This document shows positions 37,171 through 49,632 of a stretch of DNA of 64,000 nt, one piece after another. This stretch comes from Eukaryota sp. GEM-RC1. Lineage: Eukaryota. The notes beneath the pieces are model-generated. The model did no database searches and was not told the origin of the DNA. It was given only the letters and a program-made list of their open reading frames with translations. The DNA is taken from contig JAUFOQ010000001.1 in NCBI GenBank assembly GCA_040285855.1, positions 2,356,001 to 2,420,000 on the forward strand. The letters run 5' to 3'. How positions within the stretch are numbered: the stretch's first letter is position 1; every line of letters starts with the position of its first letter. The position numbers and the translations under genes were made by a program.

Positions 37171-39399
37171 ATGTGCGCAAAAAGCGGTTTAAAAGAAAAA
37201 GGTGAACAATGAAGAGGTGTGAAATGAAATTCACCGAATATCGAACAGGTATGATTCACACTGACGGTGTGACAGCCCACTTCATTGGTACTTTGGTTTT
37301 GCCAGATACCGCTGAAGTTTGTTTGTAAGTAAACATTTGTGGCTGGAATGATATCTACAATGGTGATGACCAATTGTGAGACAAGTACGCCTGAACGCTT
37401 AATTTTGAACCTTGTCCTTACACTACAAAACTGACAATTGAGTGTTTCAATATACAATTATCAAAGCAAACGTTTTCCGAGTCAGTGGCAACAATTAAGA
37501 CCAAATTCTACAATGCAGCTTTATAGAAATATTAGTTCTACTTTGAAACTAAAATAATTGAAGGTGTAAATCTAAATCTTACAAAGACCTCAAGTAATCT
37601 TTTCAGGAAATACTGGAGGCTAAAAGATCGTCTGTGCTCACAACAGGAATTGTTCTACAGATTGTTAAATCAATGTGATTTTAGATACTCAAAGGCTGGA
37701 GATGAGTGTAATAAATTGTACCGTTTTCATACTAATCAATTAACAATTCTTGTGAATATATTTAGTGAAACTTATGAACTGAGACTTAAGCTACAGAACC
37801 AACGTCTAACTGCGTTGTTAGATTTCCACAAGAATGCTATTGAGATAACCAGATGGTTTACCATAGTCTTAGAGAGGATTCTGTCTCTTCAACAAATCAG
37901 TTTGGATTACCAATGATGGCAATGATCGGAATCGATAGTACTTCCCACAATAGTTGTGGGTGTATGTGCAGCATATATGTCACCAGAACTGAGACCAATT
38001 GGGTCAATAAGGATGACGTTGTACTTACAACGTCTTCTTCTAATTCTTCTGTTCATAGTAAAATAATGTATTCTAATAAGGACAGTGTTAACGTTGTGGT
38101 CAACTGAAGTGGTTAATGAGATCCGTAAGTGGAAGGAACCTCCATACAAACTCTTAAATACTAGTTCTATTAACAAGGTAAAATCAACAATTATAATTGT
38201 GACCACACCAATGTCACTGCCGAGAATAATGTGAACTTGCATTTTGCCTCTCTCATCACTTGAATACATAAAACCCACTCAATTTGTTTTACGGTTTATA
38301 TCCGTATTCTTATTAATTCCATTACTAACATTTCTCTTCAACAGTGTTACCCCTGACAGTCTTGCTGATAACATGATACCAGTGTTTGGCCTGACTCTTA
38401 CTTTAATGGGACTATTCTTCACATGCGATTTGTCCCTTTCCAAAGTCCTCCACTCTGGCACTCTCAAACAATTCCATCATGTTGTTTCTTTTCCCAATGT
38501 TTTTGTTCCTCTAGAATCAAATTGTTTCTAGAATCACAGCGTATGTAATGTCAGTGGCAGTAATATTGACCACAAGCATATGAGCATATACTTATTTTCC
38601 ATCGAGAACATTAAAATAAGGATGGAGATGCGTCTGTCCTGTCATGAATCCTTCAGCCTAATTCAAAAAGTAAATGTGAAGTCTTGTTTAGCTTAATGAA
38701 TTAGATATAGAAAATCTCTTTTCTTGTACAAATGGTAATAGCCAACATCTACAAGGATTGTTGATGAAGACTTCTGCCATGTTTAAAAACATAACTAAAA
38801 GATTAACAACCAAATAATGAAATTTACTTTCATTATCATGTTTGGATATCAAAATTGACAATGAATTTCAGGTAAAATCATACAGAAGATAAATAGAAAT
38901 ACATGAAATAAACGTAAAACACCAGAAACATATACAAATAATCAAGAGAATATCAAGAGGACCAAAAAATGGCAAGTGGCAAAATCTGATTAGAAGAATC
39001 GATCACGTCATCACGAATGTCGTTGATTCATTAATGATAGAAATTAAATTGGATAAAAACAACCAATTCATTTTTACTAGAGCTAATAATTCAAGGCTAA
39101 GTCTGGATACACACACTTTAAGAGCGATGGTCACCAGTTCAGAGTGCTTAATAACTCAGTAGAGGATACTTCGAGGGATTCTTGATGATGTTGCATTTGA
39201 GGGTAGATGTCTTGGTTGAGGTAATCTCCACTTAATACTTTCTCGAACAAACCCTTTAAGTCAATTTCCTTAGTTTAATCATAAATAGTCTGAGTTAGAG
39301 TGAAAACATCGTCAACTGGAGGACTATATATGAGAACGATACAACGACAAACTTATTACCAAGAGTAGACTTGACAAGGTTTGAAACCTCCTTCTTGTT

Positions 39400-39630
39400 G
39401 TTTCATGAAAGTCAGTACAGCGAAAGCAACGGAGAGAAGTTTGTCGTAGTCTTCAACGATGATGGTGGGGTGACTGTTGAAGAGAGGTTCAGCGTAGGCA
39501 AGGAGTTCAGAAGCGAGGATCATGATTGAGGTTGATCCGTCACTAACTTCTTCATCTTGGGTTAGCGCTGGTTCGATCTTAGTTCTGTCAATGGGAGAAA
39601 CGACGTCGATTTCACGAGAGATGCAGGGTA
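39400..39630 (-). pseudogene. CCT3: Decayed fragment of a CCT/TRiC chaperonin subunit (gamma-like)
   Basis: Translates REIDVVSP..IE..TQDEEVSDGSTSIMILASELLAYAEPLFNSHPTII, matching the CCT motif QDEEVGDGTTSV. Confidence 0.75.
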
Positions 39631-42600
39631 CGCATTTGGCAATTTGAAGGCTGTAGGATCGGCAACCGCTGTAAGCATAGAATGAGAGAGTGGAGGGGAA
39701 GACGTTGTCACAAGAGTAAGCTTCGGTGATGGTATATTGCAGATGGCGTGAAGAGCTGTCAGTTTATGGAAGATGAACAGCGAAAGGCATGGATGTGATC
39801 AACAACATGGTACTACAGAAGGCTAGTAGTGGAAGATATCCAATGAGATAAACACCATTTGTCAATCAATGGTGTATGACAATCTACATCTGGTCATAAC
39901 AATGCCAATACTTATCAAGCCCGGCTTGGAGCTGTCTACCCTTTCCTTGAGGTCTCACCTATTGTCTATTCTCTTCTCTCTCTGTATTTTCTTCTAATGA
40001 ATTATATCCCATTCATTTCTCGCTGCTTATACCTTACTTCAGGACTTCAAATTTTGTTGTTGAGTCTTACAACTGTACGCAGTGCTCGAATTCTTGTCTT
40101 CTTAAAATCACTCGTGTACTTCCACATCTACCCGTACTTTACTCCACACAGGATCACTCTCAGTTGCGTTACAACAACCACTTCCTCTCTTTCTTCCTCT
40201 GACTCAGCTTCCACTGTTTCTCACAATAGTCACCGATCCTCGTATTCGTGTACTTGTACTTACATGTACATGTTTTTCCTCTTCTTATTTATACTTAGTG
40301 CTATTCTGGTTTCTTATCCTTTCATCTTACTTCTACTTTCTCTTCTGATTCTTACTCTTACTCTGACTCATAAACAATGACTTGAAAGTCGTCTTAACTT
40401 TCACCTCTCAACCTAACTCATCACTGGAATCAGTTATCCGTAGTTTGTAGATCTTTCATCATTGAAATCCACCCTGTTCAATAACCACTTTAGCTTGTTG
40501 TCTCACCCTCATGAGTTTTCTCACTCTCATGAGTTTTATACTTGTGATGGGAGAAACTTGATCTGAGTACTTTTCCACTTCTTTGTCAAGGTTGGTGACG
40601 TCATCTTGATCATTTTGTAGGCGTATCCTTTTACGTTTTTTGAGTAATTTGTCAAACAATTTTTTTAGTCTCTCTTTTCTATATTTTCAATCAAATTTGA
40701 TTGAACCAGTGTTTCTATCCTATTTAGTTGATTAATTCAAATCCTCATTTTAAAGCACCTGTATGGTGAAAGAAACTTTCATCATTCATGTTTGTTCAAT
40801 GACAAAAGAAGTAATAATTAATAAGTTGGTTTCTTTTATCAGCATTTGGTAATTTTGTTAGATCAAGCAGTCTTTAAAAGATCTTCACGTGGAAATCAAT
40901 CATATTTCCGTCTATATGATGTTGTAATATCGTGAATTACACGTGACCATAGGAGCTACAAAGTGGATACAGTCAGACAATTCATCATTAGTTGTGTGAA
41001 GTGTGGTTAGAGTTGGACTTGCTGTTGGTGTGGTTTGGGATAGGGCATTGGTACTGGCCAATAGCTTTTGATGTTGTTTTAGGGCAGAAGTCAAAAGGAC
41101 GGTAGCTTTATAAGGAGAAAGACTGATAGATGTGATGATCCACGTCATCATACATCATCAGTATCAACACTACCTCTCCTCAATTTTTTTAGAGGATTCA
41201 GAAAGCTGCCATTATCAACTCGTATCACGTTGATTTCATGTTTCTGACCAGGACAGTCACGAGGATAATGACCTGGACGGTGACATTTGAAGCAGGTCTT
41301 CGAAGTTTCAGTGCAGACGATTTATCCAACTGTCGGCTAATAGGAGCAGACACAGAATGGAAACCACTCCTTCCCATTTTATCGAGATAAGTTATAAAGC
41401 CATTTGTTGAACGGACTTTGGGAAAATCGTTGGTATCAAGAAAATTAAATGGTTCCCTATTTTTCCCGTAGGAGCTAGCACTATTCTTGAAGATGTGGGA
41501 TGTCAATTATCTATTCTCCATGCATGGCCACACAAGTTTGAATGACTGGGTCGGCGGCAACTTTTAGGTATTAAGGGGATACACCAATGCCGTGGGGAAG
41601 TACTTGTTTGTTTGTCAATGGTACTTTTCAATCATGAGTTTGGTTTTCCTACCCAAGGTATCCCTTCTTTCTTGATCTTTCTGGCCCGAACTCGCTATAG
41701 TTTCTTTAGAAAACGTGAACATGATCTGTTTTCCGTTGCTTTATAGAGAGCCATATTATTATGCCTTTATTATGGTGACCGTTCTTATTTGTCACAATGA
41801 AAAACTTATATGGATCAGTTTTCGGCTCATGAAACCTCCTTCAAGACTTGTACTTGGACTTGGTTTCAACTCCTTCTTGTTTGTTAGAGTAATCAGTCCT
41901 TGAATTAATTGGTCCAGAGTAAAACAAATCCTTGTGTGTATTTTTCAATGGCCAATTTGTAGTTTGTGATTGCTCTCTATCTAGTTTGAAGTTATTTCCA
42001 TAAAGCGCTGTAATTTTGAGCTGTCTTGATTTTCTAAGGAGTCGAGCTCTTGAGTAATACACGAAGTCCAATTTGTGGACATTCATTTTGATTGGTCAGA
42101 CATCAGCAGATGCACTGATACATGGTAGACACCACTACCAACAAAGGATCACAACAGCAAAAGACTTTAAGTGAGTCATATTTCGGTTAAAGTGGAAGCA
42201 GAAAACATCTTTAAAATTGACGACATTAGAGACCAACATTGATTGAACATTCTATACCAAAGATGGAGCATCTATCACCTATAAATCCATTTAAGACCGA
42301 TGGGCTGCAATACTGCAAAGTCAACTAACGCTTGCTTGATGCAGTACTGTTGTATAGCAAATATTGTCTGTATCGCTGACAATCGGCATTAATACTGGAC
42401 AATGTATGCCATCTAGTGGAGATATTTTACATGGAACCCACATAGGGGACTTTATTTAATGTTCTACCAAAAGTGCTGAGAAAATGTTTTTTTATGACTA
42501 GACGCATTCCCTATGTCTCTGGATGAACACAGCCACAACCATCTGGTTTTGAAGAGGCTAGAAATTGTTTATGAAATTTAAAGACATAATTATAACTGTC

Positions 42601-43299
42601 GACTCCATTGCTAGCATACCGGCACATTCTAACCAAATTATAAGTCAACGCAGCAAAACGTTGTCAGCGTCTTACAGCTTATAAGTTAAGTCCATAATTC
42701 GGCCATCATCAATTTGTTATCAGGACATGGTAATGAACATTTGAGTTACTAAATAGATATCATCCAATACGTGTGGCAACATGTGTTGAGGTGAACCCAA
42801 ACACACTCTTAGGTATGTGACTTCTAACTCTCTATGTTCTTTTGAATGATATTATAAGGATACTGTAGCTGACAATTTTCCTATAAAACAATTGTGTGAT
42901 AATGTAAGAAAACAGTACAGTAGTATTTTTGAGAAGGAGCTCAATTAGTTCTAAAGAAACAAAGCCGTTGGCAGAAGATCTCTGACAGACTCCAGGTTTT
43001 TTACTGTCATCATCCATTTTAAATCGAAATAAAAGATGTAATAGACATATAAAGTGTCAGAAATAGACATTGCGACAATGTACATAAGGCATTGAATGTT
43101 TTATTAGTGCCCCAAGAAAAACAGTAGAGTAATTATTCGGCACATATCAACTATATTCACCAATTCTATTTTTGTTCGAACGTTGATAAACATTAGTAGC
43201 CCTAAACTGTTCTGATAAGCGCTGTAAATGATTATTTTCCATTTCTAAATTCAGTATTCGGTCTTTATTAGCTCTGTTTTCAGAGAACTTTAAATATTC

Positions 43300-43424
43300 G
43301 GCTTGAGCCGGCTAAAAATATTTTTAGCCAGCCGGCTTGCAGCTGGAAATATTTCTATTCTGGACCAGTCGGCTGGCTCGGCTAGCCGGCTAAGCCGGCT
43401 AAATTGAGCCGGCTCCCATCTCTA
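43300..43424. mobile_element. Solo hAT-like transposon end
   Basis: Cluster of AGCCGGCT palindromes ending in CCCATCTCTA (TIR TAGAGATG on the minus strand). No partner end found. Confidence 0.6.
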
Positions 43425-43829
43425 ATTTTGATTGAGTTCTTTCAGTGGAAGGAACCAGTTTTGTCGCAAACATAACTCATGAGGTTGATTGAAAACTGAT
43501 GACTCATTGATTGTGCAGATGAGGTGAGATAGTGATCTCAGGATCTCTAGATACAGAGTCAAGCTTAGTTGAGAAGACTAGTGCGTTTTTAAAATATAGA
43601 TACTCAAATGTTTAGTAGACGAACTACTCATCGAAGAATTACAACTGATTTTCCAACTGTCTGTAGCAATGTTATTGTATATATCAGGAAACACAAATGA
43701 AAGATAAAGATCACTATTGGCGGATAGATTCTCTTGTTGAGAAACGCTTCATTGTAATAAAAATGTAAGTCAGTAATTACACATAATGTAGCCGACATGG
43801 TGAATGCTGTAAAAGAGTTAAATATCGCC

Positions 43830-44800
43830 ACGACGTGGAACTTCAATCAATCAAGATGATGTGACGTATACTCGCATTGCTTATCGACTTGATCTTTGGG
43901 TAAAAACAGTCCTTGAAGAGATCAAAACAGTCATAAAGAATAGTTTATGACTCTGCGACGCTACTGCATAGCTCCTCCTGATTGATGCAAAACTTGAAAA
44001 AATTGAGAAAGTCTCCTCCCTCATTGTTCCAACAAATACAACTAAGATATAGAACTCGTCGTTGTGGATAATCCGTTCAATCTATTTGACTAAATTTAAA
44101 ATTCTGATCTGAGGAAACAAAATCCACCTCATTGTTGCAGAAACACAGGGTTAGTTTTTGTTAAACTCGTTTTGCACACTGTTACATGGGGTCACTCTTC
44201 AATAGAGTAGTTCTTTGTATTCATCTACTGGATTTTGGGTGGAACTGTAGGATCTCCAGTGTTCCACATCCAAGAAGGTCCTGCTTTATTTGTTCTATAT
44301 TCAAACTATGCACAGAACATGTACTATACCATTGGTTAACAAATGCTTTTAGTAATATTCAAACGGTATTGCAAAAGTATCTAGACGACGTCTATGACTC
44401 CTCTGTATATGTATGTGCAGTTTTGGATCAAAGATGTATACTGGCTAACCTACAACGATTTGATACTCCTCGGGACTTCAAAAAAATACTTGACATTAAT
44501 ATTGAAACTTAATAAAATGCTGAACCTACTGTTGTTGTTAGATCTTTGTATAGTGCAGTATTCAGAGGAGTAGAGACAGAGATCTAATCAAATAATAGGA
44601 GATCTACATGACCATAATGTATTGGAAAACTGACATCTTGCTGTGGTGGAAGAGTAATGAAATAACGTTTCCTCCGCTTGCAAGACCTACAACGGATTTC
44701 TTTAGTTGCCAAGGAATATCACCAAATGTTCTCTCTTCCGGGTACAGGACAAAAGCAAAAGATGTGAGAAAAGTTCGACAGTGTAAGTTCACACTACATA
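43830..44800 (+). mobile_element. Decayed hAT transposase C-terminal half
   Basis: CAVLDQR (LDPR motif) and DILLWWKSNEITFPPLARPTTDFFSCQG (hAT dimerisation domain), with many stops. Confidence 0.7.
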
Positions 44801-45490
44801 AAGGTAGACTGTATAAATGAAGCTCTGAGTGTAGGAAATTACTTCCTTCACGATTGAACTAAAGAAAGAACTTGTAAAACTTAGGTCAAAGTGACGAATT
44901 CAGAAAGAATAATACTTCTTCATACGTCACCATGATCGGTGTTAGCAATTCTATTGGTGTAGAATTTCATTCAAATTAAGTTGTCGTCACACTTTCAAAT
45001 TTCTTAAATGGTCTTAATCAAATAGATCAGCATTGACTTTTAAGGAATAATTGGCAGTGTGTTCATCATCATTGCTTGAATGAAGACTTGGACTGCTAAT
45101 GTTTCCAGAAAATGTACTTTAGATTAGAATTGGGCAACGAAGATTATGTGTCTTTGATATGCCTAGAATGTCAGTCAGAAGTGATTTGCACGATTGAAAG
45201 AGCCATTAGCCTCAAGTGAAGAGGAATAGAAACAGGATGGAAACACATCATCATTGTTTACCATAATTAAAGAGTCCTCATCATGTAGATGATGTAGAGA
45301 AGTGTTGGTGGGAGGAAGAGCAATGGAACTCTGTTCTTAGTCGAAAGCAACAGAGTACAAAGGATAGAATCATTGGATATGATGAGCAGGTGTAGAATGA
45401 ATAACAGTCATGGTACATGTACTAGTAGTACAATGTTATCGTTTTGGTGGGATTAAAACCATTTCCCATCTCCCCTTACATTGATATATC

Positions 45491-47055
45491 ATGTCATTTT
45501 CCCTTTCCCCGCAGAATCTATCATCCTCAATGAACCTTCCCTCTGTAATCAAACCATTACATTTGCAGAAGAGTCTATTGAAGTACACAGAGTCATCCTT
45601 GCTGCGCACTCCACGTATTTTCGGTCTCTTTGGTTCTTGGAGTTTGGTGATAGAGACGAAAACCCAATCGACTTCTCTCATCTCCCTGTTGATTCCAACA
45701 ATTTTCTGGCCTTCATCAAGTCCTTCTTCGGAGGATCTTTCGCCCTTGTGGAGAGTAATGCTTACGACTTCTTTTACCTCGTCCACTACTTCCAGGTGGA
45801 CGAACTGATTGACCACGTGGAAAACCACCTAAACACTCATCTCGTAACCTGGGCTTGGTTAAAACCATTCATTATAGAAGCAGATGAAAGAAATGACTTG
45901 AGAGCTCTGGAATTCGTTGGTCCTTACTTTTCTAAGATTGATGACCTTGTGATTGATGACGTGATGGCAATCACTACTGAAGGGTTAAAAACACTTTGCA
46001 AGTACTGTACTTCCACTCAATCTCAATCGTGGTTCATCAAATCAATGGTGGAATCAATTATGAATCAAAGTTTTGACTTGAATGAGTTTTTGAATGTTTT
46101 AAATTCCTGTTCAATTGAAGCCTTTTCTTTTCAACAATGGGATGAGTTTCTGTTTGTTCCTTTAAAAGATGTTGATGAATTGGAAGCGGATTTGATGAAG
46201 TTTTTGTTTACAAGAGTTAAGAATCTTTATTTTGACTCGTTGGTGAAGGAAAATTCTGATTTGAAGGAAGAAAATTCTGAATTGAACATTCAAAATTCTG
46301 AATTAACTACCAAATGTTCGGATCTAGAAAGTAACAATTCTGAGTTAAACACACTTACTACTGATTTAACAACGGAAAATCATGATTTGAAGACAGAAAT
46401 CTCTCATTTGAAGACAACAATTTCTGAGTTAGAAACAAACAATGCTGGTTTAACAACTGATATTCAGAATTTAACTGCTACAAATTCTAACGAAATTGCT
46501 AAACTGCAACAAGAAATTGAACAACTTAAAAAGTCAACCAAAGAAACTCAAGTCGTGTCTCAATCAGTTCCTCAATCAAAAGTGATTAGATTCTCCCCAA
46601 CTAAGAAACATTCTCAGTTACAAGTTAGTGGGGATAGAAAGAGAGTTGTTGTTGGAAGTGGTGGTGGTGGTGTGAGAAATATCTTGGGAGAAGATCCACT
46701 TCTTCCAGGTGATGAGTATACTTGGAAGTTGAGGTACCAGGGGGGTACTGGTGGTCTTGTTGTTGGAGTAATTGACGAGTCAAAGTTTAGTGTTGATGGT
46801 TATTGTTGGGGGAATGCTCACTGTTTCCACAATGGTAATAATGTTTTTGGTTGTCTCTCAGGAAACAAAACTAAGTGGAATCCTGGTGAATTACTCGAAA
46901 TCAATGTAAATCTCATTAACCACACTTTAACAATCAAATCTGTGAGTAATTCTTCAATTAATCTTACTGGTACTCTTCCCAGATTAAGTAGTGGTAATTA
47001 TTATCCATATGCTTTGTTATGGTATAGTGATCATGTGATTGAAATAGTTGAATAA
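45491..47055 (+). CDS. BTB-BACK-coiled-coil-PRY/SPRY protein, longest coiled coil
   Basis: Open from ~45510 to the stop. The native ATG at 45491 is out of frame by one missing C in a C run, possibly an error. 11 heptads. Confidence 0.88.
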
Positions 47056-47242
47056 AGTTGATAACATTCTCATTACTTTTTGTAAGTCTCCGCATTCAAA
47101 ACGAAATTCCAATTAATTTATAAATTCTGAAGCTGATTCAAAACCTTGAAGGCATCACCTAGGTTTTCTGTAGTATCAGTGCTAACAGAATATCATATCA
47201 GAACATTGCACTTATAACATTCTACAGAACAAATAAAACCAA

Positions 47243-47444
47243 TTACACATAGAATTTATCATAAATTTGTTGTACAAAAGTACTAAACAAATGCCTAGTT
47301 TTACCCACAATAGTCTTATCCTTATTAGGATAAGTCCTATTAGTCAACAAAACTAAAGCTAAATCACGTGTAGGATCAATACAGACCATAGTGCCAGTAT
47401 ACCCTAAATGCATAAAAGTCTCAGGCGCCAAAGTTCCACAAGAA
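47243..47444 (-). pseudogene. 3' 200-bp fragment of the beta-lactamase-fold gene
   Basis: Near-identical to ~51945-52146 (CGTLAPETFMHLGYTGT..DKFYV*). Confidence 0.92.
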
Positions 47445-47479
47445 GTTGCGACCCGTCATGGCGAATTCCGTCAAATGAC

Positions 47480-48181
47480 AGGTCTAACTTAAACTCACTC
47501 ACTACTGAATTGATGGAGGAAAATCATGATTTGAATACAACAGTTTCTGATTTATCCACACACATTTCTGATTTAACAACTGATTTTCAGAATCTAACTG
47601 CTACAAACTCTTACGAAATTGCTAAACTAAAACAGGAAAACGAACAACTTAAAAAGACAATTACAGAAACTCAATTGATGTCTCAATCAGTTCCTCAATC
47701 AAAAGTGATTAGATTCTCTCCAACTAAGAAACATTCGCAGTTACAAGTTAGTGGGGATAGAATGAAAGTTTTTGTTGGAAGTGGTGGTAATGTAATTGGA
47801 AATATCTTGGGAGAAGATCCACTTCCTCCAGGTAATGAGTATACTTGGAAGTTGAGGTACCAGGGGACTACTTGTAGTCTTATTGTTGGAGTCATTGACG
47901 AGTCACAGTTTAGTGTTGAAGGTCGTTGTTATGATTATGCTCACTGTTTTGAGAATGATTGTGATCGTATTACAGGTTGTCTCTCAGGAAACAAAACTAA
48001 GTGGAATCCTGGTGAATTACTCGAAATCAATGTAAATCTCGTTAATTACTCTTTAACAATCAAATCCATGAGTAATTCTTTAATTAATCTTACTGGACCT
48101 CTTCCTAGATTAAGTAGCGGTAATTATTATCCATATGCTACGTTATGGCGTGATGATCATGTACTTGAAATAGTTGAATAA
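47480..48181 (+). pseudogene. 5'-truncated coiled-coil-PRY/SPRY copy (no BTB), open frame
   Basis: Family homology starts mid coiled coil. A possible ATG lies at 47513. It lacks the conserved upstream block. Confidence 0.8.
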
Positions 48182-49098
48182 AGTTGATCCCATTTTTAAT
48201 GGATAAGTCTCTTCGTTTAAAGCAGTGACTCAAATTAATTTAAAAATTCCAAAATGTAGTCGATTAGAAGACATCAATAAACAATCACGTTCAGTATTAC
48301 AGTACTATATTTGTAGGATAACAGTCACATTTACAAGTTTTGCATGCTTATCTTGAATACATGTTCTTCAGATTGAGTGTAAGTCAATGATTGATTGTGT
48401 ACGCATTCCAAACTTCCGTTTTTTAAAATAGAATTTCATTGCAGAAAAATAGGTTTTGGCTGGTCGTTACCCATCTTCTTTAGATCAATTATCTTCAGGT
48501 ATCATAGAAATTGTGATGATGTTTATTAAATAAGTGTACCAAATACGAGTTATCGTCCATCCTTTTATGGAGGTGCTAAAAACGTTGTTTATTTCTCTTA
48601 TTGAATTCTTCTTTGTATCACGTTCGCTGATGTAAAGAACGGAATTGTGACTAAACTAAATCAACTTTGTAGAAGAGTTGTTCCGTCACAAGCACTCTCT
48701 TGCACTAAGTTCTTCATGTTAGCACAGTGGGGAACTTGCTGGGTTGACCTCAGTGGACTCTGATTTCCAATCCATTACGTATTTGTTTTAGTGCATATAA
48801 TGGATATGTTTTAAGAATTGATTTTTGATTACGTGATCAATCATGTGTCTGGAGCGTACTACTTTCTACTCTCGGTTATAGTTCACTATATTAAGGTAAA
48901 TATGTTCCCTGACTACTACTGCTGCAACAGTTGGATCGAACGTTAGTTTTTATGAAGTATGTTTGAGTTGGCATACTTAGTATTATATTCGCTCAGATAC
49001 AACATTCTTAAGCAGTCGTAACCAATTAGAATTGAAGAGAAATAAATTGTGGTACTTAAGTAGTAGTAGTATGAATCATAAACATAGACATAAACCTA

Positions 49099-49632
49099 CA
49101 CCAATCGGTTTAATTAATCTGGATAAAGATTAGTCTGGACTAGAAATAGTCTGGTCCAGATTAATAATACACTAGACACGGTCCATAAATCAGTAGCAAT
49201 CTTTGGTATCTAAAGAGTAAATACACTTTGAATGTAATAGATAATTAAACGAAAAAATTGACGAAGATATAACATCGATTTTTGGTCGTTTATAATTCAA
49301 GATGCTGCGAAGTTCCAGTTGCAGTTTGAATTAAGAGAATGTGTTTATTAATGTCCTGAAATTGTAACAAATCAAAAAAAGCTTTCATACAAAATAATTT
49401 TTGAGTTCTTTGTAGTGTCAACTAAGTTTGTAGAACAACAATTATGATGATGTAAACAACAAAAGGATCCAGACTATTTTATTTTCTCAACAATTAGTCT
49501 GATCCAGACTAAATATCTATTATGTAAATTAGTCTGGACTAGAAATAGTCTGGGCCAGACTAATTCTTATTTTTGGGGTCTAAAAACCTTTATAAGACTT
49601 AGTCTGGTCCAGACTATTTAAACCGATGGGTG
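49099..49632. mobile_element. Tc1/mariner-type MITE
   Basis: TIR CACC(A/C)ATCGGTTTAA flanked by TA on both sides. Subterminal TAGTCTGG/CCAGACTA repeats. Confidence 0.85.

Noticed and set aside
37500..43000. Further transposase or host genes in the ORF fragments at 37.5-38.8 kb and 40.4-43 kb (also 31.3-32.8 kb and 4.8-5.4 kb)
   Set aside because: They look like decayed coding DNA, but I could not recognise diagnostic motifs with enough confidence to call them.
45436..45828. Recurrent antisense and alternate-frame ORFs over the BTB regions (also 9156, 28410, 53375, 58071) and over SRP54, IMP4 and iPGM
   Set aside because: These are shadows of conserved sense coding sequence, with variable non-ATG starts and no independent signal.
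47408..47480. Novel N-terminus of the 257-aa ORF at 47408
   Set aside because: It is antisense beta-lactamase tag plus junction sequence that happens to be open, not a conserved coding region.
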